64,000 bases of DNA from Elainellaceae cyanobacterium. GTDB lineage: Bacteria > Cyanobacteriota > Cyanobacteriia > CAZCXK01. The notes beneath the pieces were generated by a model that did not search any database, was not told the DNA's origin, and saw only the letters and a program-made list of their open reading frames with translations. The translations under genes were made by a program, and so were the position numbers. Where the stretch lies: NCBI GenBank assembly GCA_051117335.1, contig JBNPEB010000063.1:12955-76954 (forward strand), in the 5' to 3' direction. Shown here piece after piece: positions 31,020-40,303 of this stretch. Position 1 is the stretch's first letter. Every line of letters starts with the position of its first letter.

Positions 31020-33416
31020 ATGAGTAAACGCGCTGTCTTAGAGCTAAAGGGCAACCTCGATCATCAGGGGTTTTATGTCACGTTGCACATTGGGCAGAGC
31101 GACGTGGCTGCCAGCACTAGCATTGATGGCTATCTTCCGCCTTCTACTCGTTTATCGAAGCAGCTCACTCAATGGCAACACGACTATCGCCGCCTTTCTA
31201 CACCGACTCGTGCAATAAAACCTTACAGAATCAAATACGATGGCACGATTAATCCAATAGAAACCTGTATAGACTCTGCCCAGCAATTGGTTCAGCAGTT
31301 TCAGCAGTGGTTGCGTGCTGACTCGTTTCGGGATATAGACGTGCATTTGCGACAGGCACTCATGCCCAGTGATGCAATTCAAGTACTCATTCGTACTGCT
31401 AGTGCTGAGGCTCAAGCGCTTCCCTGGCATCTGTGGGATTTTGTTGAGCAGTATCCTAAGGCAGAAATTGCCTTGAGCGGGATGCGATCGCATCCCGGCT
31501 TGAGCGAGCGTAACGCAGCAGATTCAGATCAAACGCTGGTGAATATTCTAGCCGTGCTGGGCGATCGCCAGAATATTGACATCGATAGCGATCGCCAGTC
31601 GTTAAACCAGCTCCCTGGAACCCAGGTTGAGTTTTTGGTAGAACCGTCCCATCACCAACTCAATGAGGCTTTATATGAGCAGTCTTGGGATATTTTGTTT
31701 TTTGCAGGGCACAGTGAGACAGAGCCAGAAGGTCAGGGAGTTTTGCGGCTAAATGCAACCACCTATCTGACGATCGATGAGGTCAGATATGGGCTGCGAC
31801 GGGCGATCGCCAATGGGCTAAAGCTTGCTATCTTTAATTCCTGTGATGGCTTGGGCTTGGCGCGTGACTTGGCTGATCTTCAACTGACCCATATGATTGT
31901 GATGCGAGAAGCAGTTCCAGATGCGATCGCCCAGCAGTTTCTCAAGTATTTTCTGAGAGCTTTTGCTCAAGGTCAGCCACTGCACTTGGCAGAGCGAGAA
32001 GCACGAGAACGATTGCAGGGGTTGGAGAAGGACTATCCCTGTGCAAGCTGGTTGCCGATTGTCTATCAGCAGCCTGGAGCCTTGTCATTAGAGTGGTCTG
32101 ATTTGTTCAGTCCAGACCATCAGGCAGCTAATCAACTATCGCCTGCCGCAGATTCAAGTGTTGCAGCATCCAGCCAAACAAACTCTCACCGTAGAGCGTT
32201 CAGGAACTATGGAACGGCTCTAATTTGCAGTGTACTGGTATCTAGCTTGGTCGTCGGAGTGCGATCGCTCGGTGGTTTACAAACCTGGGAACTGAAAGCC
32301 TATGATCACTTAATGCGTGTTCGACCGGGTCAAAACGCTCCAGATGATCGAATTTTGATTGTTGCTGTCTCAGAGGAAGATATTCAGTATCAGCGCAGTC
32401 AAGGAATGGAGATGGAAGGATCGTTGTCGGATGATGCTCTGCTCAAGCTCTTACAGAAGATTTCACCCCATCATCCTAGCGTTGTTGGACTAGATATTAT
32501 TCACGACTTTCCGTTTAGCCAAGCCTTGCAGCCGCAACTGGCTGATCAAGGTTTAATTGCAATTTGTCGAGCTAGAAACACCGTCAGCAATCTTGCAGGT
32601 ATAGCTCCTCCAACAAAGAACTTTCCAGAAAACCAATTAGGGTTTAGTAATATTCCTCTCGATCCAGACAATGTGATTCGTCGCCAATTTCTGGGGATGC
32701 CACCGGATGAGATTTGTCCAACCGAGCAAGCTTTTAGCTTCCGTATCGCTCAAGACTATTTAGAAAAGCGAGCGAATATGTCAATGGAGTGGATTACGAC
32801 TTCTCCTAATGAAAGTCAGCAGATCCGGCTGGGCCATCAAATTTTTCAACGACTTCAGCAAAAAACGGCGGGCTATCAGCTTTCTTCAGAAGATGCAGGA
32901 GGCTATCAAGTATTAATCAACTATCGTGCTAAAAGTCCTGAGAAAGTCTATTTAAGGGAGATCCTTAGTGGTTCCTTAGATTCTCAACTTAAGGGACTGG
33001 TGGGCGATCGCATTGTTTTAATTGGAGTTGTTAATCCGCAAATCGACACTCATCTAACACCCTACAGCAGGGGAGGAACAGCAGAACGAATGCCTGGAGT
33101 CGTTGTACATGCCCACATGATTAGTACAGTCATCAGTACAGCCCTCGGAGAACGCCCTTTACTATCAGGGTGGGCAGAGTGGACAGAGATACTTTGGATT
33201 GCAGGATGGGCAATGGTGGGAGCAATCGTTGTCGGATGGTGGCGATCGCCCTATTTGCGAGTCATCAGTTTGTTAGTTGGATTAACGACGCTGTGGGGAG
33301 TATGCCTTTTGTTATTTGTTCAAGGATGGTGGGTGCCGTTAGTTCCCTCAGCATTAGCCCTGGGACTGGCGGCAATGTTTAGTCTGAGCCTCTACAAAAT
33401 GTTTGAACACAAATGA
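31020..33416 (+). CDS. CHAT (caspase/HetF-like) protease-CHASE2 membrane protein (module 1)
   Basis: LPW, FFAGHS (His), IFNSCDG (Cys), TM helix, CHASE2 (GLDI, PGVVVHA), three C-terminal TM helices. Confidence 0.9.
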   Translation: MSKRAVLELKGNLDHQGFYVTLHIGQSDVAASTSIDGYLPPSTRLSKQLTQWQHDYRRLSTPTRAIKPYRIKYDGTINPIETCIDSAQQLVQQFQQWLRADSFRDIDVHLRQALMPSDAIQVLIRTASAEAQALPWHLWDFVEQYPKAEIALSGMRSHPGLSERNAADSDQTLVNILAVLGDRQNIDIDSDRQSLNQLPGTQVEFLVEPSHHQLNEALYEQSWDILFFAGHSETEPEGQGVLRLNATTYLTIDEVRYGLRRAIANGLKLAIFNSCDGLGLARDLADLQLTHMIVMREAVPDAIAQQFLKYFLRAFAQGQPLHLAEREARERLQGLEKDYPCASWLPIVYQQPGALSLEWSDLFSPDHQAANQLSPAADSSVAASSQTNSHRRAFRNYGTALICSVLVSSLVVGVRSLGGLQTWELKAYDHLMRVRPGQNAPDDRILIVAVSEEDIQYQRSQGMEMEGSLSDDALLKLLQKISPHHPSVVGLDIIHDFPFSQALQPQLADQGLIAICRARNTVSNLAGIAPPTKNFPENQLGFSNIPLDPDNVIRRQFLGMPPDEICPTEQAFSFRIAQDYLEKRANMSMEWITTSPNESQQIRLGHQIFQRLQQKTAGYQLSSEDAGGYQVLINYRAKSPEKVYLREILSGSLDSQLKGLVGDRIVLIGVVNPQIDTHLTPYSRGGTAERMPGVVVHAHMISTVISTALGERPLLSGWAEWTEILWIAGWAMVGAIVVGWWRSPYLRVISLLVGLTTLWGVCLLLFVQGWWVPLVPSALALGLAAMFSLSLYKMFEHK

Positions 33417-33471
33417 GCTTCAAACGTATAGATAGTCTTAAATCGGTGTTGTTACGTCTAAATCCTGAATT

Positions 33472-34287
33472 ATGCTGATTAAACCATTTTCTCAATTAGT
33501 TTCATTTAGTTTATTAGGTAGCCTAATACCAATTCTTCAAACTCAGATCATACATGAATGCTGTGCTGGTAGTTCGCGAACTACCCCTACGGAACCTATT
33601 GCTTTACTTTATCAGACCTTATCAATTTCTTCTAAAGCATCTATTTCATTCCAGGCTAAAGATAGCCATTGGGGAGAGCGGCATACCGGAAGTCAAACTT
33701 CAGGCGATCCCAGAGACGAGTGTCCTCAGGTAGACGTACCTCTAACGGCGCTAATGCCTGATACGCACTGGGGCAAGAGCACGTCTCAAACACCGACTTT
33801 TTGGTTTTATGTGCCCTACACATCGCAGCAAATTGATCGCGGAGAGTTTGTTCTTCAAGATGCAGAGGGATTTGACGTGATTGAACCGATTCAATTCGCT
33901 TTACCTGCAACCCCCGGCTTTGTCAGATTAACCCTTCCTGAGTCTGTTCCTGTGTTGGAAGCTGGAGTTGACTACTCTTGGGCATTTCAGCTTTATTGCG
34001 ATCGTGAAAGTCGGACTCCTATTTTTGTTGAAGGCTGGATACAGCGGGAGATTCCGACAGACGAGATCAGCAATCAACTAGAGGCAGGGCTAATCCCGAC
34101 CTATCAAGTATATTGGGAAAATGGGATCTGGTTTGATGCAGTTGATGCACTCATGCAAGCATGGCAGGAACACCCCACGAATGGTGTCCTAGAAACTGAG
34201 TGGATTCGATTATTGCAAGAGGGTGGGCTAGACACTGAGGCCCTTCCCGCTGACCCGATATTAGGAACTGTGATTTTGAGTGATTAG
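33472..34287 (+). CDS. DUF928 domain protein, probably exported
   Basis: LTALMP...PTFWFYVPY...YSWAF.L.C...GWIQR...GIWFDA...W..LL...GL. Confidence 0.85.
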   Translation: MLIKPFSQLVSFSLLGSLIPILQTQIIHECCAGSSRTTPTEPIALLYQTLSISSKASISFQAKDSHWGERHTGSQTSGDPRDECPQVDVPLTALMPDTHWGKSTSQTPTFWFYVPYTSQQIDRGEFVLQDAEGFDVIEPIQFALPATPGFVRLTLPESVPVLEAGVDYSWAFQLYCDRESRTPIFVEGWIQREIPTDEISNQLEAGLIPTYQVYWENGIWFDAVDALMQAWQEHPTNGVLETEWIRLLQEGGLDTEALPADPILGTVILSD

Positions 34288-34504
34288 TTGCTAACTCAAT
34301 TGGAACGCTGGCGGTTAAAACCGCGCCTAAATTTGCAAAGTCAGCCTACGCTGACTAATAGCCGTAGATCAAATAGGCGGTGGCTTTCGACTGCGCCCAA
34401 TCCACTATTTTTGAGTGTTGAGCGTAGTCGAAACACGTCTCCAACCTCGCATATCAGCATCAACCCCATGCCTGTGTAACACTTTGTTGCAATAAGCTGA
34501 GGAT

Positions 34505-34535
34505 TTGCGAAATTTTTCTCCCTAAACCGATAACT
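34505..34535 (+). promoter_or_regulatory. Putative alternative-sigma promoter upstream of TpsA-like gene 1
   Basis: TTGCGAAA(34505-12)-N17-ATAACT(34530-35). Confidence 0.6.
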
Positions 34536-34592
34536 ATGGCGGAAGCTATGAACACAGCTTCTGATGTCATGTTGAAGAGGATCGCAGCCGCT

Positions 34593-37500
34593 ATGGCAAA
34601 TCAAGTCCGTTTGAATCCGCTGTTCTCGCTCTGGCTGCTCCCAGTGCTGTCATTGAGCGGCTTGCTGAGCCTCACGTCGCAGAAAGCCTCTGCTCAAATC
34701 ACGCCTGATGCGACGCTAGGAGCTGAGTCGTCTCGCATCAGGGCGGTGAATCAGATGCGAGATTTGGTTGAGGGGGGTGCGATTCGTGGGGGAAATCTCT
34801 TCCATAGTTTTGAAGACTTCAATATTGGCGAGGGTCGAGAGGCTTATTTTGCCAACCCTGCGGGTATTGCCAATATTCTGAGTCGGGTGACTGGAAGTAA
34901 TGTCTCCGATATCTTGGGCACATTGGGCGTTGATGGCACAGCGAATCTGTTTTTCTTAAATCCCAATGGCATTATCTTTGGCCCTAATGCTCGTTTAGAT
35001 GTTAATGGATCGTTTGTGGCGACGACAGCAGATGCGTTTCAGTTTGTTGAGTTTGGAGAGTTTAGTGCTCGTAGTCCAGAAGCTCCTTCACTACTCATGG
35101 TCAATGTTCCAGTTGGACTACAATATGGCATACAAATACCAGGAACAATTATTAGTAGGGGTAGCAGATTATTTGTTGAGGAGGGACGAAGTCTTATCTT
35201 GGCAGGGGGAGAAATTCAATTGAATAATAGTTTTCTTGCTATTGATTTTTCTGAAGGAGGGCAAATTGAGTTGGGTGCAATTGGCGGAGAAGGAACAGTT
35301 GGCTTAGTCCAAAATGGTAGTTTGTTTAATCTAGAGTTTCCATCAAACTTAATACGTTCAGACATATCTCTTGCTAACAGAACCATATTAGATGTGCTAG
35401 CTGAGAACGGAGGCAGTATTAAAATCAACGCGCGGAATTTAAACATCTCCAACAGTGAGCTTGTAGCAGGAATTGCTTCTGGTAGAGGATTTGCTGGAGC
35501 ACGGGCAGGAGATATCGAAATTCATGCATCAGAGTCTGTTAGATTATCTGGCTCGAATATTTTGAATTGGGTTAACACCAGAGCAACTGGCAATGGAGGA
35601 AATATTATTATCACCACAAGAACATTTGAAATGATTGGTATAAATAGAGGAATATCTGTCAGTACTTTCGGCAAAGGAGATGCGGGCAGAATAATTATTG
35701 ATGCTCGAGATCAAGTTTTTCTTGATAGCAGTCTCGTTTTGAACAATTTAGGTACTGATGCTATTGGTAACACTGGTGGAATTGAACTTGCAACAGGAAC
35801 TCTTCGCCTCATCAATGGTGCTCAAGTATCTAACAGTATTTTCGGGCGAGAAGGGGATTCAGGCAGAATTGTCGTTAACACACGTGGGCTAACCACTCTA
35901 GATGGATTTAATGGAACTGCTTCCAGCGCCTTGTTCAGCAATGCTGGATCTAACGCAGGCGGTGATTCTGGCGGCATTCAGATTTCAACAGGGGCTCTAT
36001 CTATAACTAACGGTGCTCAGGTATCTGCCGAAACACGAGGTAGTGGAAATGCAGGCTCTATAAGAATTGATGCTCGAGATCAAATTTATCTTGATTCTTC
36101 AGGTAGCAATGGTCCTAGTCGCATTATAAGTACTGTAAGAGATTTCGCTACAGGTACCGCGAAGGGGGTAGAAATTACTGCAAATTCACTTGTTTTAACA
36201 AGAGGTGCCGGGATTTTTGGAAGCACTCGTGGATTTGGTGATGCAGGTTCAGTGTCAATTCGAGTGGAAAACCTTGTTCATTTAGGAGGTTTAAGTGCCC
36301 AGACTGGGCGCTTTAGCGGAATCTTCAATACTACAGAGGCGATTGCCAATGGGGATGGTGGAACTATAGATATCCATGCTCAAGATATCAGATTGACAGG
36401 TGGAGCAGTCATCTCTACGGCTACGTTTGGAGCAAATGATGGTGGAGATATTACAATCAACGCTGATACTTTAGAGGCGGCTAATGGTGGAGAAGTACTC
36501 TCTAGTGCTTTTGGTGCTGGTAGGGCTGGTAGTGTAAGATTAAATATCTCTAATAATCTCATCTTACAAGGGAGCAACCCTATTTATTTTGAGGTGGTAG
36601 AGTTACTTGGCGAGAACTTTAGAAACATTATCGATAATGTTGGTCCAGCAAGCGGAGTATTTGCTGTAAGTAGAAACAGCGGAACAGGTGGCAACATCAT
36701 TATCAATACTCCTAGAATAATAGTTCAAGACGGAGCAGAAATTTCTGCTGCTACTGGTCCAGAAGTATCTGAAGAACTTGGAGCAATAAATAATGGCTTT
36801 GGTCGTCCTGGAAACATCTCTATCAGAGGAGCAGATTCAATCATACTCTCTGATAATGGTTCAATTTCTACATCAGTAGAGCCCGGTGCAAATGTAACTG
36901 CTCTAACTGATGATCCAGGCAACCAAATTGAGATACAAACCCGTCTTCTCGCTTTGTCAAACGATGCTCAAATAACTTCTAGTACTTTTGGCGTAGGTGA
37001 TGCCGGACGAATATTTATACGTGATGCCGAGTCTGTTTCACTCACTACTGATAGTTCTATTTCCACTGCTGTAAACCTTGGTGCAGTTGGGCAAGGTGGT
37101 AGCATTAGTATTCAAGCTGATTCAATTTCTCTAACTGATGATGCACAAATCAGTTCGAGTACCGATGGACAGGGAGATGCAGGACGTGTAATCTTGAGAG
37201 CCAGTCGCTTCACTGCGCGGCGAGGGGGACAAGTTCTGACTTCAACAACTAGCAGCAATGATGCAGGAAGTATCAGTTTAGATATATCTGATCGAGTATT
37301 ATTAAGTGGCGATCGCACTGGGCTATTTGCCAGTACAGAATCTGACTCTCTAGGTCGAGGCGGAAGTATTGATATCTCCACTAGACAGTTAGATGTTCAG
37401 GATCAAGCTCAGATTGCAGTCAACAGCCAGGGATTAGGACAGGCAGGTAATCTTGAAATTGCAGCAAACACTGTGCGCTTAAATCGAGGCAACTTCACGG

Positions 37501-38753
37501 CTGAAACCATATCAAGTAGAGGAGGCGCAATTGGGTTACAAATTTCTGAATTGCTCAGTCTTGATAATGAGAGTCAAATTTCTACTTCAACTCAAGAGGG
37601 TCAAGGTGGAAGACTAGAGATTAACGTCAATCGCCTGCCTACCAATCGAATTGAGCTGAGTAACAGCAGCCGCATTGCAACAGAAGCACAAGGAAGTGGA
37701 GATGCAGGAGATTTAGGAATCAATGTAAGACAGCTATTTGTTCAGAACTCAGAAATTTCGGCGTCTACCCAATCTGGGGTTGGAGGAGGCATTGTTTTGC
37801 GAGGGCTAGATACTCTTCAAGTCAGTGATGGCGAGATTTTTGCCTCAACCAATACAGGACGTGCTGGCAGTTTGAGGATAGAAGCCTTTGATAGGATTGA
37901 CCTCCGTGGAGAAGGAGGGTTGTCCGTTGAAGCAGAAGGTAGTGGAAGGGCAGGAAGTTTGACGGTTCAAGCTGAAGCACTGAGAGTTCGAGAGGGTGCA
38001 TCAGTTTCTGTCAGTAGCCAGCAAGGCCGAGCTGGGAATCTTACGATTGGGGCTGATACGATTCAGCTCGATACAGGCAGCCTAACGGCTGAAACGAGAC
38101 AATCAGGAGCCAACATCACGCTGCAAGATTTAGATTTACTGCTGATGGACAATGAGAGCGGAATTTCTGCCGAAGCGTTTGGAGCAGCCAGAGGTAGCAA
38201 CGTCAGCATCAACGCCATTGACGGTTTTGTCATTGCTGTGCCTGACCAAGATAGCGACATTGTTGCCAATGCCTCTAGAGGTCGGGGCGGTAACATTCAG
38301 ATTGCGACACAAGGGATTTTTGGATTAGTAGAACGCCCTGCTATTCCAGGTAACGGCACTAATGATATTGATGCGAGCTCTCAATTTGGCACTGATGGAG
38401 TTGTTGTCGTGGATGATTTAGGCATTGACCCCGTACAAGGAGTGGCTGAACTCCCCATTGATACTGAAGCTCCACCGCTCAGTCAAGGATGTCAACCGGG
38501 GATTGATGGTCAAGGACGCTTTATCAATATCGAGCAGGGCGGCATTCCTACCAATCCATCTGACCCGATTAGTAGCAGTGGGGGCTGGGAAGACATCCAG
38601 CCAGCAAATGCTGAAGAGAACGAACTCCCAGACTCCCAATTACCCGACGAGATTATCGAAGCAGAGGGATGGCAGGTCAACGAGCAAGGGCAGGTCGTCT
38701 TACACGCAAACATGACTGAAAGTTCTACCGTCTTTGACTGCCAGTTACAGTAG
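34593..38753 (+). CDS. Filamentous haemagglutinin N-terminal domain (TpsA-like) exoprotein 1
   Basis: Signal peptide ending ASA-QITPD, NLFHSF, NPNGIIFG, GxGG beta-helix repeats, C-terminal EAEGW domain; ORF track start is 34536, likely start 34593. Confidence 0.9.
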   Translation: MANQVRLNPLFSLWLLPVLSLSGLLSLTSQKASAQITPDATLGAESSRIRAVNQMRDLVEGGAIRGGNLFHSFEDFNIGEGREAYFANPAGIANILSRVTGSNVSDILGTLGVDGTANLFFLNPNGIIFGPNARLDVNGSFVATTADAFQFVEFGEFSARSPEAPSLLMVNVPVGLQYGIQIPGTIISRGSRLFVEEGRSLILAGGEIQLNNSFLAIDFSEGGQIELGAIGGEGTVGLVQNGSLFNLEFPSNLIRSDISLANRTILDVLAENGGSIKINARNLNISNSELVAGIASGRGFAGARAGDIEIHASESVRLSGSNILNWVNTRATGNGGNIIITTRTFEMIGINRGISVSTFGKGDAGRIIIDARDQVFLDSSLVLNNLGTDAIGNTGGIELATGTLRLINGAQVSNSIFGREGDSGRIVVNTRGLTTLDGFNGTASSALFSNAGSNAGGDSGGIQISTGALSITNGAQVSAETRGSGNAGSIRIDARDQIYLDSSGSNGPSRIISTVRDFATGTAKGVEITANSLVLTRGAGIFGSTRGFGDAGSVSIRVENLVHLGGLSAQTGRFSGIFNTTEAIANGDGGTIDIHAQDIRLTGGAVISTATFGANDGGDITINADTLEAANGGEVLSSAFGAGRAGSVRLNISNNLILQGSNPIYFEVVELLGENFRNIIDNVGPASGVFAVSRNSGTGGNIIINTPRIIVQDGAEISAATGPEVSEELGAINNGFGRPGNISIRGADSIILSDNGSISTSVEPGANVTALTDDPGNQIEIQTRLLALSNDAQITSSTFGVGDAGRIFIRDAESVSLTTDSSISTAVNLGAVGQGGSISIQADSISLTDDAQISSSTDGQGDAGRVILRASRFTARRGGQVLTSTTSSNDAGSISLDISDRVLLSGDRTGLFASTESDSLGRGGSIDISTRQLDVQDQAQIAVNSQGLGQAGNLEIAANTVRLNRGNFTAETISSRGGAIGLQISELLSLDNESQISTSTQEGQGGRLEINVNRLPTNRIELSNSSRIATEAQGSGDAGDLGINVRQLFVQNSEISASTQSGVGGGIVLRGLDTLQVSDGEIFASTNTGRAGSLRIEAFDRIDLRGEGGLSVEAEGSGRAGSLTVQAEALRVREGASVSVSSQQGRAGNLTIGADTIQLDTGSLTAETRQSGANITLQDLDLLLMDNESGISAEAFGAARGSNVSINAIDGFVIAVPDQDSDIVANASRGRGGNIQIATQGIFGLVERPAIPGNGTNDIDASSQFGTDGVVVVDDLGIDPVQGVAELPIDTEAPPLSQGCQPGIDGQGRFINIEQGGIPTNPSDPISSSGGWEDIQPANAEENELPDSQLPDEIIEAEGWQVNEQGQVVLHANMTESSTVFDCQLQ

Positions 38754-38776
38754 AGATAGGCATCAAGTTTTTAGGA

Positions 38777-38820
38777 TGGGCGATCGCAACCCATAGGAAT
38801 GGTGAGATGCGATCGCCCCA
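38777..38820. terminator. Hairpin built from two HIP1 sites between convergent genes
   Basis: tgggcgatcgca...tgcgatcgcccca. Confidence 0.4.
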
Positions 38821-38826
38821 CCACCG

Positions 38827-40269
38827 CTAATGTGCAGTGATAGATCCTTCATCACCCGGTTCATCTGCAATAGAGAGTGGTTGATTGCTGAATTCTGAAG
38901 CCATCAAATGACGACCGAAGCTGGTCAAAACCGTTTCTAATGTCGGCAGTAGGTGATTGACCTGCTTAAGTCGAATCAGGATATCCCAAACTGGTTCTGC
39001 CTTTTTCCAGGCTCCTGTATAGGCGAGATGGCGCAGTCGATCCGCTAAATGCTCCTTTGTCCAAGCACCTCGAATGATTGCATCCCAACGGTAGAACTCT
39101 CGATAAGAACGCCAGTATCCCTGCTCTAGGGTTTCAACGCTCATCTGCATAGGGCGATATACCGCATGACGGGTATCATATCGATCCCAGTTGTGAATCG
39201 TAATTCGCTTTTGCGCTGCCATCCGCTCGTAAAGCAGCGTTCCTGGATAGGGAGTCAGAATATGAAAGGTTGCTGTCTCAATTCCTTGAGTGACTGCCCA
39301 CTCTACTGTGCGATCGAACACCGTTTCATCATCGCTATCCATCCCGTAGACAAAACTACCATTGACCATCACCCCATGTTCTCGTAGGCGTTGAATTGCA
39401 GTGCTGTAGTCGCGATTCAAATTGTGGTATTTGTGCTGCTCTTTCAGATTATGTGGATTGAGCGTTTCAAATCCAACGAATAGGCTGCGTAATCCGGCGG
39501 CTACTGCCTTTTCTAGCAGTCCGGGCTGCAAAATTGACTCTACCGTTGCGGCGGCCTGCCAAACCCGTCCCATACCTTTCATTCCTTCAAACAACTCTGC
39601 TGCAAACGTGGCGTGTCCAAACAAATGATCATCTAGAAAATAAAGGTGTTTTCCCGGCAGTCGATCGATTTCGGCTAGGGCATCATCCACGGACTGAGTG
39701 TAGAAGGATTTACCTCCCTTGTAAAATGCATCCTTGTAACAGAAGTCACAGTGATGTGGACAGCCTCTAGAGACGACAATTGAGTTGGGAACAAGATAGT
39801 GATAACGCTTGATCAAATCTCGGCGAATTGGTGGGACACCCACAAGGGTTCTGATCTTAGATTGATAGATCTTAGCTGGATGCCCAGCTCGAAAATCCTG
39901 GAGAAACTGAGGCCAAGTATCCTCCCCTGGCCCCAAGAAAATAGTATCGGCATGTTGAGCAGCTTCTTGAGGCAATGATGTGACATGCAACCCGCCCAGA
40001 ACTACGTACGCTCCTTTACGTCGGTAGTGGTCTGCCAATTCATAGGCTCGATAGGCTGACGTAATGTAAACCTGAATTACAACTAAATCCGGTTCATCGT
40101 TGAGATTGAGAGATTCAACATGCTCATCTTGTAAATCAATCTCGTCTGCTTCGTCGAAAAATGCAGCGATGGTGGCTAATCCAAGGGGTGGGAAGAGGTG
40201 GTACTTGATGGGTCTCCAGAAGGGGCTTAGAGCCTCAGTCAGCGCAGGCAAAATCATTTTGACTTTCAT
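38827..40269 (-). CDS. B12-binding radical SAM protein
   Basis: PPLGLA, VLGGLH, SRGCPHHCDFC (CxxxCxxC), GFET, TPYPGT. Confidence 0.92.
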   Translation of the reverse strand: MKVKMILPALTEALSPFWRPIKYHLFPPLGLATIAAFFDEADEIDLQDEHVESLNLNDEPDLVVIQVYITSAYRAYELADHYRRKGAYVVLGGLHVTSLPQEAAQHADTIFLGPGEDTWPQFLQDFRAGHPAKIYQSKIRTLVGVPPIRRDLIKRYHYLVPNSIVVSRGCPHHCDFCYKDAFYKGGKSFYTQSVDDALAEIDRLPGKHLYFLDDHLFGHATFAAELFEGMKGMGRVWQAAATVESILQPGLLEKAVAAGLRSLFVGFETLNPHNLKEQHKYHNLNRDYSTAIQRLREHGVMVNGSFVYGMDSDDETVFDRTVEWAVTQGIETATFHILTPYPGTLLYERMAAQKRITIHNWDRYDTRHAVYRPMQMSVETLEQGYWRSYREFYRWDAIIRGAWTKEHLADRLRHLAYTGAWKKAEPVWDILIRLKQVNHLLPTLETVLTSFGRHLMASEFSNQPLSIADEPGDEGSITAH

Positions 40270-40303
40270 AGAAATTATCCTTTCCTAATTAGGCTAATTT
40301 TAG

